DNA from: Betaproteobacteria bacterium CG2_30_68_42
GTDB lineage: Bacteria > Pseudomonadota > Gammaproteobacteria > Burkholderiales > Rhodocyclaceae
Direction of reading: 5' to 3'
NCBI GenBank assembly: GCA_001872285.1
Contig: MNXU01000051.1
Coordinates: forward strand, 107 to 64,106
DNA: 64,000 bases
The notes beneath the pieces were generated by a model that saw only the letters and a list, made by a program, of their open reading frames with translations, ran no database searches and was not told the DNA's origin. Each line of letters opens with the position of its first letter. Within the stretch, counting starts at the first letter, position 1. A program made the translations under genes and the position numbers. Below, in pieces: positions 25,077 through 34,831 of this stretch.

Positions 25077-25493
25077 TCAGCTCGGCGCCGACACCGGGGG
25101 CTTCAGGCCGAGGCGGCGCGCGGCCTTCGAGAGCCGCTTGTCGAAAGTTGCCAGGCCGGTGCATAGACCGGATTGAGCCAGATGCAGGGCGTCGGAGAAA
25201 TCGAGCCCTTGGCGATACCATGCGATGGCCTGAATGACCGCGGCAACGCGGTCAACCGTCAGATTCTCGACGGCGACCAGATCCTCGAACAGGGCAGCGA
25301 TTTCATCGGGCAACATCCCGTAGGCGCCCCGCAGCACCCATTCCAGTTCCTCGATCACCGTGATCGGTACAAAGAGCCGACGGCCCGACGACAACAGGGT
25401 CTGTGCTCGCTTTCGTTGCGCCGTCGTGGTTGCGTCGGCATCGGTCTCGGCCGCAATGGCGCGGGCGAGAACGTTGGTGTCGAGGGAGATCAT
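25077..25493 (-). CDS. vapC: PIN-domain toxin VapC
   Basis: ATG at 25493-25491. MISLDTNVLARAI...FVPITVIEELEWVL...DFSDALHLA carries the PIN acidic residues. ATGA overlap with the antitoxin gene. Confidence 0.85.
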   Translation of the reverse strand: MISLDTNVLARAIAAETDADATTTAQRKRAQTLLSSGRRLFVPITVIEELEWVLRGAYGMLPDEIAALFEDLVAVENLTVDRVAAVIQAIAWYRQGLDFSDALHLAQSGLCTGLATFDKRLSKAARRLGLKPPVSAPS

Positions 25494-25747
25494 GACCTGC
25501 CCTGCTTCTTCACTATCGCCAGCCCCTGCAACTCTTCGACAACAAGAGGTTTGCCGCGGTGGGCGATCCGGTCGAACAGCACGGAGGCCGGTTTCTTTTT
25601 TCCGGCAAGGTCCGAGCGCACCAGAATCCCGTCCCCATCCGGGGCCAGCTCGACGCGCACGCGGGTGCCCGGCGCAAGAGCAACCTGCCGGCAAAGCTCG
25701 GCGGGCAATACCACTTGCCGTTTGCCTGAAAGAATCACCGTGCTCAT
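25490..25747 (-). CDS. vapB: AbrB/SpoVT-type antitoxin VapB
   Basis: 85 aa with SD GGAGG. MSTVILSGKRQVVLPAELCRQVALAPGTRVRVEL is a swapped-hairpin AbrB-like N-terminus. Confidence 0.8.
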   Translation of the reverse strand: MSTVILSGKRQVVLPAELCRQVALAPGTRVRVELAPDGDGILVRSDLAGKKKPASVLFDRIAHRGKPLVVEELQGLAIVKKQGRS

Positions 25748-25798
25748 GGGGCACCTCCGGATGTTCGCGAGGCAACAGTATAGCCCGATTGCGATAGC

Positions 25799-25817
25799 CG
25801 TTCAACTGCGTTGAACG
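25799..25817. promoter_or_regulatory. candidate vapBC operator palindrome CGTTCAAC-TGC-GTTGAACG
   Basis: Perfect 8-bp inverted repeat, 52-70 nt upstream of the vapB ATG. Confidence 0.4.
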
Positions 25818-26195
25818 ATGTCTGTCGCGAGTTCGTGAGTAATTGCGAAGCAGCGGGATCGCGTCTTGCGTCGTAGTGTTGCCGTCGCCTCGAACGGACA
25901 GTATCGGGTCAGGTCTCAACACGGGTCGGTTCGATGTTTTTGTGCCATGGTTCAAGCCTCGTCCCGGCGGAGCAAGTCATGGCGCGGAGCAAGGCGGTGC
26001 CGGGTTGCGGGCTGCGGCTGAGCGACTGCCTCGGGATCAGCTTGCTGGCAATAGTGGGGATTGCTGGTCGTCCGCCATTGCCTGGCAACTTCCGTTCGCT
26101 CCGGAGTCGGACCGCCGGCCGGCCCGTCGCCCCGAATTCGCGCGAGCGAGACCGCGCCGGTCGCCCACGGATGCCATCCCGGGCCGAGACGTTCG

Positions 26196-27056
26196 TCAGG
26201 TACGGAAATTCACGAACAGCGGCTGGTGGTCGGAGGCCTGCGTATCGGAATTGACCCTGACCTCCTGCGCCTTTCGAGCCAGGCCGGCAGTGGCGAACAC
26301 GAAATCACAACAATAGGGCGCAGGCCATTGGCTGCGATCATGCACGCCGACCGTATTCGGGTGTGGTTCTTCAGGGTGACGCTTCACCCATACGTCGGCG
26401 AGGCGCGGTGTAGCGCGGGCGCCCACGAAAGGGGCCTGCAGCCTCGCGTGCAGCGGGTCATCCGGTCGGATGTTGAAATCACCGGTGAGAATCGCTGCAC
26501 GGGGTCGGGGAAACCAGCGATACGTGCCATCGCTCCTGTCGCGCGCACCGCCGGTCCGATCGCACTGGCAGGCTTCCGCGTGATGCGCGCGAATCGCCTC
26601 GACCTGGGACGCGCGCTGAAGCGCCGAGTAGTATTCGAGGTGCGTGGTCATGACGCGCACCGGCCCTCCGGGTGCGTCCAGCGTGGCCTCGATCAGCACA
26701 CGCGGCATGCTGCGTGTAGGCGACGGATCGCCCGGCCAGGGAAGTTGATGGCGAAGAACCTGCAACACCGGGTAGCGGCTGAGAATCATGTTGCCGAAAG
26801 CGCGGCGGCTGCCGTCCGGCGCGAGGGCATCGACCGCGGGGCAGGGAATCGGGGTGTAGTCGGGTAGCCACCGTGCAATTTCCTCGAACTGGTTCTCGCC
26901 GTGACTGCCGGGCAGGGACGGAAAATTCGCCGCCACCTCCTGCACGCACAGCACGTCGAAGTCGGCCGCACGCTTCGCGTGCTCGACGATGCGCTGGGGA
27001 TCGACGTGCCCGTCGCATCCGCGACACCATTGAATGTTCCAGGTGACGAGCTTCAT
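26196..27056 (-). CDS. endonuclease/exonuclease/phosphatase (EEP) family protein
   Basis: 286 aa. MKLVTWNIQWCRG...DVLCVQEV...GNMILSRYP...LTGDFN...SDHQPL shows the EEP catalytic motifs. Last gene of the ugp-like operon. Confidence 0.85.
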   Translation of the reverse strand: MKLVTWNIQWCRGCDGHVDPQRIVEHAKRAADFDVLCVQEVAANFPSLPGSHGENQFEEIARWLPDYTPIPCPAVDALAPDGSRRAFGNMILSRYPVLQVLRHQLPWPGDPSPTRSMPRVLIEATLDAPGGPVRVMTTHLEYYSALQRASQVEAIRAHHAEACQCDRTGGARDRSDGTYRWFPRPRAAILTGDFNIRPDDPLHARLQAPFVGARATPRLADVWVKRHPEEPHPNTVGVHDRSQWPAPYCCDFVFATAGLARKAQEVRVNSDTQASDHQPLFVNFRT

Positions 27057-27068
27057 GAGGCCGTTTCC

Positions 27069-27896
27069 TCAGCGAATGCCGGCACGCATGAAGGACTGCA
27101 CGAACTGCCGCTGGAACAGCAGAAAGCCGACCAGCAGCGGCGCGGAGGTCATCAGAGTGGCGGCCGTGATGATCGACCAATCGACGCCCTGGTCGGTGGA
27201 CGAAAACACTTGCAGGCCCACGGTCAGCGGCCGTGTTTCCACCGAGTTGGTAATAATGAGCGGCCACAGGAAGTTGTTCCAGTGGTGACTCACCGATACC
27301 AGTGCATAGGCCAGATACACGGGTCTGGCCAGGGGCACGTAGACCTTCATCAGCACCTGTAGCGCGCTTGCGCCCTCCACGCGGGCGGCTTCGTCGAGTT
27401 CCCTGGGCACCGTCTTGAAGGTCTGCCGCAGCAGAAAAATGCCGAAAGCCGATGCGAAGTAGGGCAGGCCGACGGCCACGATCGTGTCGCGCAAGCCGAG
27501 TGAATTCATCGTCGCGTAGTTTTCGACGATCAGCACGTCGGGCATGATCATGAGCTGAAGCAGCACCAGAAAAAACACGACATCGCGCCCGCGAAATTCG
27601 AAACGGGCGAAGGCGTACGCGGCCAGCGTGACCAGGATCAGCTGCGCGCACAGAATCATCGTCACCAGCAGGAAGGTATTGAGGAAGTAGCGTGCGAACG
27701 GCGCCGCATGCCAGGCATTGACGAAGTTCTGCAGCGTGAGCGGCGCCGAGAGCTCCAGCCGTGTCGAGAACTCCGGCGGATGAAAGGCCGTCCACGCCGC
27801 ATAGGCCAGCGGCAGCAGCCACAACAGGCCGAGCAGCCATGCGGCGAGCGGTTCGAGCATCCGCCCCGCGGTGTTCCGGCCGGCCTCCGTGCTCAT
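27069..27896 (-). CDS. ugpE: carbohydrate/glycerol-3-phosphate-type ABC transporter permease (UgpE-like)
   Basis: ATG at 27896-27894. 275 aa. EAARVEGASALQVLMKVYVPLARP is the EAA loop. Confidence 0.75.
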   Translation of the reverse strand: MSTEAGRNTAGRMLEPLAAWLLGLLWLLPLAYAAWTAFHPPEFSTRLELSAPLTLQNFVNAWHAAPFARYFLNTFLLVTMILCAQLILVTLAAYAFARFEFRGRDVVFFLVLLQLMIMPDVLIVENYATMNSLGLRDTIVAVGLPYFASAFGIFLLRQTFKTVPRELDEAARVEGASALQVLMKVYVPLARPVYLAYALVSVSHHWNNFLWPLIITNSVETRPLTVGLQVFSSTDQGVDWSIITAATLMTSAPLLVGFLLFQRQFVQSFMRAGIR

Positions 27897-28768
27897 TGGT
27901 AGTGTGTCCTGCGGTCCAGAAAGCGGAACTTGACGAAAGCGGTGAGCCCGAGAACGAAGAGCAGGACCACGGTCAGGGCGGCGGCGTAGGCGGAATCCCA
28001 GAACGCGAATCCGACCTGGTAGATGTAGTAGAGAAGCAGCGCGCTGGCGTTGTCCGGCCCGCCCCGGGTCATCACGACGATATGATCCACCATCCGGAAG
28101 GCGTCGATCAGCGCATTGATCAGCACGAAGAGCGTGGTCGGCATCAGGAGTGGAAACAGGACTTTCCAGAAGTACTGCCGGCGCGAGGCGCCCTCGAGTG
28201 CCGCGGCTTCGGCGAGCGAAGGCGACACTTGCTGCAAGGCGGCGAGATAGAAGATCATGAAGAATCCGGCTTCCTTCCAGATCGCGACGATCATCATCGC
28301 CCCGAGCACCGTCTGACGGTTGCCCAGCCAGTTGTGACTCGGCAGGCCCATCGCGCCGGTGATCTGTTCGAGCAGGCCGTATTGCGGCGTATAGAAGAAG
28401 AGCCAGATGTTGGCGACCGCGATCATCGGCAATACCGTGGGGGTGAAGTAGGCAAGGCGGAGGAAGCCGCGCCCGGCGATGCGGCCATTGACCCACAACG
28501 CCATCTGCAGGGCCAGCGCGATGGAGATCGGAATGGTGCCGAGCGCGAACCAGAGGTTGTTCCACAGTGCCTGCCAGAACACCGGATCGTCGATCATCAA
28601 CCGGTAGTTCTCCAGCCCGACGAACGACGCGGGGACGGCGCCCTTGGGGGTCGAGAAGAAACTGTGCCAGATCGTCGCCACCGCCGGGTAATGCGTAAAG
28701 GCGATCAGCAGGAGCAACGACGGCAACAGCAGCAGCCAGCCGGTGACCTGGGGCGATGTGCGTGACAT
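27893..28768 (-). CDS. ugpA: carbohydrate/glycerol-3-phosphate-type ABC transporter permease (UgpA-like)
   Basis: 291 aa. EAAALEGASRRQYFWKVLFPLLMP is the EAA loop. ATGA overlap with the next permease gene. Confidence 0.75.
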   Translation of the reverse strand: MSRTSPQVTGWLLLLPSLLLLIAFTHYPAVATIWHSFFSTPKGAVPASFVGLENYRLMIDDPVFWQALWNNLWFALGTIPISIALALQMALWVNGRIAGRGFLRLAYFTPTVLPMIAVANIWLFFYTPQYGLLEQITGAMGLPSHNWLGNRQTVLGAMMIVAIWKEAGFFMIFYLAALQQVSPSLAEAAALEGASRRQYFWKVLFPLLMPTTLFVLINALIDAFRMVDHIVVMTRGGPDNASALLLYYIYQVGFAFWDSAYAAALTVVLLFVLGLTAFVKFRFLDRRTHYQ

Positions 28769-28818
28769 GCTCGGCAGGAGCCGGCCCGGCGGAAGGGAAG
28801 CCGCCGGGCACGTGTCGC

Positions 28819-30111
28819 CTAACGCTTGTAGGCCCGCAGGATCCGCTGCGCTTCGCGCTGCGAATCCCTCATCGCCTGCTCGGGAGTCTTCGCGCCGGTC
28901 AGAGCTGCCTGCAGGCCGTCGTTGAGCGCCTTGGTGACGCGCTGGTTGTCATGCGTCGACAGCTCGGCGACCGAATACTGCAACTGGTCGCGGGCGACGG
29001 TCGCGGCGGGGACCTCCCGCGCATACTTCTTCATCTCGGGGGTGTCCCATGCCGCCGCACTCACCGCGACATATCCGGTGGCGATGCTCCACTGGGCGGC
29101 CCGGGCGGGCGCGGTGGCCCACTTGATGAATCGGAGCGCAGCCTTCTGTTCCTCGGGCGAGGTCTTCTTGAATACGTAGAAGTTGCCGCCGCCGGTCGGG
29201 CTGCCCCGGTGCTTCTTCGCCGGCAGCATCGTCACGCCGAAGGGAAAACGGGCGTTGGCGCGAATGTTGGTCAGATTGCCCGTGGTGGTCCAGATCATGG
29301 CCACTTTCTTCTCGAGGAAGTCCTTGGGCGTGGTTCCCCATTCGATGACGCCACCGGGCATGACCTTGTGCCGGGCAGACAGGTCGACCCAGAACTGCAA
29401 GGCTTCGACGACCGCAGGCTTGTCGAAATACGTCTCGGTGCCCGCCTCGTTCATCAGGACGACATCATTGGGCGTGGTCAGTCCCTGGAACAGCCAGTAG
29501 GGGAAACCCGAGGACGGAATCTTCAGCCCCCACTGGGCGACGTTGCCGCTGGCCTCGGTCTTGGTCAGCTTCCTGGCAAACGCGACCATCTCGTCCCAGT
29601 TGGCCGGCCCCTTTTCGGGATCGAGCCCCGCTTCCTTGAACAGGTTCTTGTTCCAGTACAGCACGATGGTCGAACGCTGGAAAGGCGCACCCCATGTCTT
29701 GTCGCCGATGCGGCTGTTGAGCATGAAGCTCTTGTAGAAGCCGTCGAGCCACTTCCTGTCGTCGGCGCTGTTCGCAAGGCTGCTGATCGGCACGATGGCA
29801 TCTTCATCGATCAGGGTGAACATGTCCGTCGACAGCAGCACCGCGAGATGCGGCGGCTGGCCGCTCTTGTACGCGGTCAGCGCCTTGACGATGCTGTCCT
29901 GATAAGTCCCCGAGTACACCGGTTTGATCCGGATTCCCGGGTTGTCCTTTTCGAAACTGGCCGCCATCTGGTCGATGGTCTTGGTGACCGGCCCGCCTAC
30001 GGCCACCGGATAATAAAGTGTCAGCTCGACGACCTTCTGTGCCAGCGCCGATGAGGCGCTCAGAATCAGGGCGACCGCGACCGCTGCCAAGGTGATCATA
30101 TTGCGTCTCAT
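28819..30111 (-). CDS. ugpB: ABC transporter periplasmic substrate-binding protein (UgpB-like)
   Basis: ATG at 30111-30109. [24 protein letters not shown] is a signal peptide. 430 aa, family-1 SBP. Confidence 0.75.
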   Translation of the reverse strand: MRRNMITLAAVAVALILSASSALAQKVVELTLYYPVAVGGPVTKTIDQMAASFEKDNPGIRIKPVYSGTYQDSIVKALTAYKSGQPPHLAVLLSTDMFTLIDEDAIVPISSLANSADDRKWLDGFYKSFMLNSRIGDKTWGAPFQRSTIVLYWNKNLFKEAGLDPEKGPANWDEMVAFARKLTKTEASGNVAQWGLKIPSSGFPYWLFQGLTTPNDVVLMNEAGTETYFDKPAVVEALQFWVDLSARHKVMPGGVIEWGTTPKDFLEKKVAMIWTTTGNLTNIRANARFPFGVTMLPAKKHRGSPTGGGNFYVFKKTSPEEQKAALRFIKWATAPARAAQWSIATGYVAVSAAAWDTPEMKKYAREVPAATVARDQLQYSVAELSTHDNQRVTKALNDGLQAALTGAKTPEQAMRDSQREAQRILRAYKR

Positions 30112-31211
30112 GCTCTCGTCTCCTCTGTTGTGGTTGGACTGCGCTGCAAAATCCGGCATGCCACTTCGTCCGTGCGTTTCCCGCTGATCGCATCGAAGTA
30201 ATGCTGGGCGGAAGTGTCCCAGGTCAGCGGAAGCTGCGTGCCCGCTGCGACCACGTGTTTCCCCGGAACGCGGGCGGCGATGCTGTTGGTGCCCAGGCTG
30301 CTCGTGATGACCGTATCCGCGCCGAAATACTCGACCGACCGGACCGTCGCGCGTATCCCGCTGTCGGGGTCGATGCGAATGTGTTCCGGACGAACTCCGA
30401 GCTTGATGTCCTGCGGAAGCCGCCCGCGATAAACCAATCTCTGGCTGCCTGCGATGACAAGGCCGTTCCCGCCCGGAGCGAGGTCGAGGATGTTCATCGG
30501 TGGCGTGCCGATGAAGCGGGCGACGAAAATGGATGCCGGCTCGGCATACAGGGTGCCAGGAGCGGCATCCTGCTCGACCGACCCGTCCCGCAGCAGGATG
30601 ACCTGATCTGCCATGCTCATCGCCTCGGTCTGGTCGTGGGTGACGTAGATCATGGTGATGCCGAGGCTCTGCTGGAGTCCGCGAATCTCGCGCCGCATCT
30701 CCTGGCGCAACTGGGCGTCGAGATTGGACAGCGGCTCGTCCATCAGGCACACCGGTTTTTCTGCAATGATCGCGCGGGCCAGGGCGACCCGCTGTTGCTG
30801 CCCGCCGGAGAGCTGGGAGGGCTTGCGGTCCAGCAGACCGGAAAGGCCGAGCAGTTCGGCTACGCGCGCCAGACGGCGCGGGCGATCGGCTTCAGGCTCC
30901 TTGCGCACCTTGATGCCGAACAGGATGTTCTCGCGCACGTCGAGATGGGGAAACAGCGCATAGGACTGGAACACCATCGAGAGGCGGCGGCTGGCCGGGG
31001 GAAGATCGGTGATGTCGTCTGCGCCGATCCGGATGCGGCCGGAACTGGGAGAATCCAGGCCGGCGATCATGCGCAGCGTGGTCGACTTGCCGCAGCCGGA
31101 TGGCCCCAGCAGCACGACGAACGAGCCCGCCGGCGCCGCGAAACTCAGCTCGTGCACCGCAAACTGCGCTCCCCATTTCTTGCTTACGTGTTCAAGCGCG
31201 ATGGCGGACAT
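30108..31211 (-). CDS. ugpC: ABC transporter ATP-binding protein (UgpC/MalK-like)
   Basis: 367 aa. Walker [10 protein letters not shown], signature [14 protein letters not shown], Walker [12 protein letters not shown], and a C-terminal regulatory domain. Confidence 0.9.
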   Translation of the reverse strand: MSAIALEHVSKKWGAQFAVHELSFAAPAGSFVVLLGPSGCGKSTTLRMIAGLDSPSSGRIRIGADDITDLPPASRRLSMVFQSYALFPHLDVRENILFGIKVRKEPEADRPRRLARVAELLGLSGLLDRKPSQLSGGQQQRVALARAIIAEKPVCLMDEPLSNLDAQLRQEMRREIRGLQQSLGITMIYVTHDQTEAMSMADQVILLRDGSVEQDAAPGTLYAEPASIFVARFIGTPPMNILDLAPGGNGLVIAGSQRLVYRGRLPQDIKLGVRPEHIRIDPDSGIRATVRSVEYFGADTVITSSLGTNSIAARVPGKHVVAAGTQLPLTWDTSAQHYFDAISGKRTDEVACRILQRSPTTTEETRA

Positions 31212-31310
31212 CCCGCATCCTCCCGGTCCCGTTCTTCCCCGATTCCTTCACGAATCTATACAGACAATGTTGCGGCAACGTGACGACCGCCGGCCCGTCG
31301 CTCAAGGGAC

Positions 31311-31994
31311 TCATGTCGGCATGATCCTGAATTCCAGCACCGTGTCATTGAGACTCCACACCTGCGCGAGACGGCTGGCGTTGTCCCGGTCCTTCGACCG
31401 GATCACCATCCGGTACTCGAAGGTGTTGCCCTTCTTGTCGAGTCGATAGCTGAGATTGCTGACGCTGAAGCCCTGTCTGGAAATGATGTCCAGCACTGCG
31501 GTTTCCGGCAGCGTCTTGTCGCGGGGGAAGCGGACCATGTGATGTGCATAGTAGAAGGACGGAAAGATGTTCTCGATCCAGCGGAAGAAGGACAGAGTGC
31601 AGATCGTCAGAAGTGTCGAGACGATCAGCGGGAAATAGAAGCCGATGCCGGCGAGAATACCGATGCCCGCGGTGATCCAGATCGATGCCGCCGTGGTCAG
31701 GCCGCGCACCGACAGGCCCTCTTTCATGATCACGCCGGCACCCAGAAAGCCGATGCCGGTCATGATGCCCTGCGCCATGCGGGTCGGATCGACGCGCACG
31801 GTGTCGATGTTGCCGGGGAACCAGGTGCCCTGGTAGGTCGTGACCAGCATCAACAGCGCCGAAGACACGCAGACGAGCACATGCGTGCGGAATCCCGCCG
31901 GGCGCCCATGGTAGCTGCGCTCGATCCCGATCAGGCCGCCGGCGAAGGCCGCGAGCAGCAGATGCGCGAGAATGTCGATGTCGTCCGCCTTCAT
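31311..31994 (-). CDS. mgtC: MgtC/SapB family membrane protein
   Basis: ATG at 31994-31992 with an ATGA overlap onto the glpD stop. FAGGLIGIERSYHGRPAGFRTHVLVCVSSAL...GIMTGIGFLGAGVI, followed by a C-terminal ACT-like domain. Confidence 0.9.
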   Translation of the reverse strand: MKADDIDILAHLLLAAFAGGLIGIERSYHGRPAGFRTHVLVCVSSALLMLVTTYQGTWFPGNIDTVRVDPTRMAQGIMTGIGFLGAGVIMKEGLSVRGLTTAASIWITAGIGILAGIGFYFPLIVSTLLTICTLSFFRWIENIFPSFYYAHHMVRFPRDKTLPETAVLDIISRQGFSVSNLSYRLDKKGNTFEYRMVIRSKDRDNASRLAQVWSLNDTVLEFRIMPT

Positions 31995-33505
31995 GCCGCT
32001 GCCTCCAGGGTGCCGTCGAACCAGGCGGCGAAGCGTTCCCGCTGCGCTGGCGACATTCCCAGGCCGCACTTGGTACGGCGCCACAGGATGTCGTCCGCCG
32101 TCATCGCCCATTCGTGGGCGATGGCGTGCTCGGCTTCGCGCCGATACAGGCCGCCACCGAAATCCGTGCCCAGATCGTCGAGGCTCCGGGCATCGGCGAG
32201 CACGTCGGTGACGGACAGCCCGTATCTGCCGAACAGGCGGCGCACGAGCGCGTCCGGCAGCCCCGGATAGCGCGCGCACAGGCGCTGCGATGTGGCCTCG
32301 CGTGCGGCCGAATCGAATGCCCCGCCCGGCAGCGCTTCGTCGTGCGTCCATGGCCCGCGCCGATCGGCGAGCCAGGGCGACAGCCGGTCGAGGACCGTTT
32401 CGGCGAGCCTGCGATAGGTGGTCAGTTTTCCGCCGAACACGGCGAGCTGCACCGCGCCGTCGCGCTCGTCGGTGACCAGTGTGTAGTCGCGGGTGACGGC
32501 CGCAGGATCGGACTTGCCGTCGTCGTAGAGCGGGCGCACGCCGGTGTAGCTCCAGACCACGTCGCGACCGGACAGTGGTCTGAGCAGGTAGCGGTTGACG
32601 GCGTCCAGCAGATAACGCGTTTCCTCCTCGTCGATCGCCTGCGCCTCGGCGATGGTCCGGACGGTGACGTCCGTGGTGCCGATCAGCGTATAGGCCTCCT
32701 GCCAGGGGATCATGAACACCACCCTCCGGTCGGTGTTCTGGAGCAGGTAGGCATGCTCTCCGGGGTGAATCCGCGGTACGACGATATGACTGCCCTTGAC
32801 CAGGCGCAGGCCCGCCTTCTCGATCGGCCCGCCGGTACTCTCGATGACCTTCCTGACCCAGGGCCCTGCCGCGTTCACGAGCACCCGCGCGCCCAACTCG
32901 AAACGACGACCGTCGCGCACGGCCTCGAGCGTCGCGCGCCATCGCCCCTGCTCGCGCACGGCACGGACGAGACGTGTGCGCGGCATGACGGATGCGCCGT
33001 GCTCGACCGCCGATCTCAGGTTGAGAATCACCAGCCGGGCATCATCGACGCGGGCATCCGAATACAGGAAACCTCGGCTCAGTTCCGGCTTGAGGCCGGC
33101 GCCATAGCCGCCGGCGCGCAACGCGACACCGCGCGATCCCGGCAGGCTGCGCCCGCCTCCGATGTGGTCGTAGAGCCAGAGCCCGGCGCGAATCATCCAG
33201 GCCGGGCGGAGCGTGGAGACATGGGGCATGACGAAGGTCAGGGGCGAGACGATGTGCGGCGCGATGCGCAGAAGCACTTCGCGTTCGGCGAGCGATTCCG
33301 CGACCAGACGGTATGCGAAGTATTCGAGATAGCGCAGGCCGCCGTGGATGAGCTTGGTGCTCGCCGAGGAGGTCGCGCCGCCGAAGTCGCCCTGTTCGAC
33401 CAGCACCGTCCTGAGGCCGCGCCCGGCCGCGTCGCGGGCGATGCCGGCGCCGTTGATACCGCCGCCGATGACGAGCAGGTCGCAGTTCGTGTCGATGGCG
33501 GCCAT
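31991..33505 (-). CDS. glpD: FAD-dependent glycerol-3-phosphate dehydrogenase
   Basis: 504 aa. CDLLVIGGGINGAGIARDAAGRGL...SSASTKLIHGGLRYLE. Confidence 0.9.
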   Translation of the reverse strand: MAAIDTNCDLLVIGGGINGAGIARDAAGRGLRTVLVEQGDFGGATSSASTKLIHGGLRYLEYFAYRLVAESLAEREVLLRIAPHIVSPLTFVMPHVSTLRPAWMIRAGLWLYDHIGGGRSLPGSRGVALRAGGYGAGLKPELSRGFLYSDARVDDARLVILNLRSAVEHGASVMPRTRLVRAVREQGRWRATLEAVRDGRRFELGARVLVNAAGPWVRKVIESTGGPIEKAGLRLVKGSHIVVPRIHPGEHAYLLQNTDRRVVFMIPWQEAYTLIGTTDVTVRTIAEAQAIDEEETRYLLDAVNRYLLRPLSGRDVVWSYTGVRPLYDDGKSDPAAVTRDYTLVTDERDGAVQLAVFGGKLTTYRRLAETVLDRLSPWLADRRGPWTHDEALPGGAFDSAAREATSQRLCARYPGLPDALVRRLFGRYGLSVTDVLADARSLDDLGTDFGGGLYRREAEHAIAHEWAMTADDILWRRTKCGLGMSPAQRERFAAWFDGTLEAAA

Positions 33506-33508
33506 GGA

Positions 33509-34507
33509 TCAGCTCGCTCGCGCCCGCCGCGCAGCCGGTGCACCGTCCTCGATCAGCAGGCGGGCGGTGGGTTCGTCGAGGATCAGCTCGTTGATGTATC
33601 CGCCTCGCAACGCGGCGCGGATTCCGGGCACCTTGCCGGTGCCGGAGGCGACGCAGATCGAGTGGCGCGCGCGCCGCAGCAGGCGGAGCGACGGCCCGCT
33701 GGAGCGGGCATTGAGCGCCACATCTTCATAGCTGCCATCGGCGCGAAAGAACACGGTGGCGATATCACCCACCACGCCGTCGCGCTGGAGGCGGCGGATA
33801 TCGGCCTCGCCGAGGAAGCCGCCGCTGTGGACCTGGCTCGGCACCTGGCCGGAAAAGGCGCCGATGCTGAAGAGCATGATCCGGGCGCGGCGCTGAAGGC
33901 CGATCAGTTCTTTCACGCTGCGCTCCCGCCACAGCGCGGCCCGCGTCTCGGCGTAATCGAAGAACGCCGGAACGGGGAAGGAATGGGGCCGGGCGTTGTA
34001 GTTGGAGGCGAAGCGCAGCACGATGTCGGCTCCGATCGAGTTGTCGATGCTTCGCGCCGTGCCCGAGCCGTTGAGCTGAACGACATCGACATTGACGGTG
34101 TGCTTGGGGATGAGACGTTCCGCGATCGCGCGCAGGGTGTTTCCCCAGGCGATTCCGATCACGACATCGGCGGAGATGAGCGTGTTCAGATACCCGGCCG
34201 CATGGGTCGCGACGCGATCGAGCCATGCGCGCTCGCCCGCGGTCTCTGGAACGGACACCACTTTCGCGATCGGCAGGCCGAACCGCTCCCTGATCCGCGT
34301 CTCGATGCTTTCCGCGTGCGCCAGCGGGTCGTGAATATGGATCTCGACCAGGCCGTTCTCGCGGGCATAGGTCAGCAGGCGCGACACGGTGGAACGCGAG
34401 GTGCCGAGCTCGTCGGCGATGGCAGAGGTTGTCAGTCCCTGGTAATAGTAGAGCTGGGCCACCTGAAGGGCCTGTGTGTGCTGGGGGGCGGATGCGGCTG
34501 CGCGCAT
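33509..34507 (-). CDS. SorC/DeoR-type sugar-binding transcriptional regulator
   Basis: ATG at 34507-34505. VAQLYYYQGLTTSAIADELGTSRSTVSRLL is the HTH. The C-terminal sugar-phosphate binding domain includes GIAWGNTL. Confidence 0.85.
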   Translation of the reverse strand: MRAAASAPQHTQALQVAQLYYYQGLTTSAIADELGTSRSTVSRLLTYARENGLVEIHIHDPLAHAESIETRIRERFGLPIAKVVSVPETAGERAWLDRVATHAAGYLNTLISADVVIGIAWGNTLRAIAERLIPKHTVNVDVVQLNGSGTARSIDNSIGADIVLRFASNYNARPHSFPVPAFFDYAETRAALWRERSVKELIGLQRRARIMLFSIGAFSGQVPSQVHSGGFLGEADIRRLQRDGVVGDIATVFFRADGSYEDVALNARSSGPSLRLLRRARHSICVASGTGKVPGIRAALRGGYINELILDEPTARLLIEDGAPAARRARAS

Positions 34508-34831
34508 GCGGTGCGATGACCCGTGGGCAAATGTGCATGAGGCGTGCACGTTTGTAATCTATCAGCGCGCAGCCGCGATTGCAACTTCGCCGTGAAACTC
34601 CGCCGGAAGCATGGATAGCTTGAGGCGACCGGTGCGGCGCGTGCGCCCGGGCCGGAAATTCCGCGCTCCCCGCCCGCGTGCGCCGTGCGCGGGCGCGACG
34701 GCCCGCCTGGCGGCAGGCTAAAGTCTCTCTCGTCCATGGCCGTTACCGCGTGCATGAGGCGTCGCAGCCGGCCGGCCTGTACGGGCGGGCCGGAGCTCGG
34801 CGCCTGCGAATCATCGGACAGGAGACCACCC

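Noticed and set aside
24859-25916. An 11-nt exact match, GGGTCAGGTCT (24859-24869 and 25906-25916), read as direct repeats flanking a mobile vapBC cassette.
   Set aside because: An 11-mer repeat is expected by chance many times in 64 kb, and the similarity decays immediately outside it. This is not enough to call att sites.
25938-25975. A tRNA-3'-end-like string, GGTTCAAGCCTCGTCCCGGCGGAGCA, read as a possible tRNA remnant or att site.
   Set aside because: The T-loop-like TTCAAGC has no complementary 5-bp stem on either side. No acceptor-stem partner could be found.
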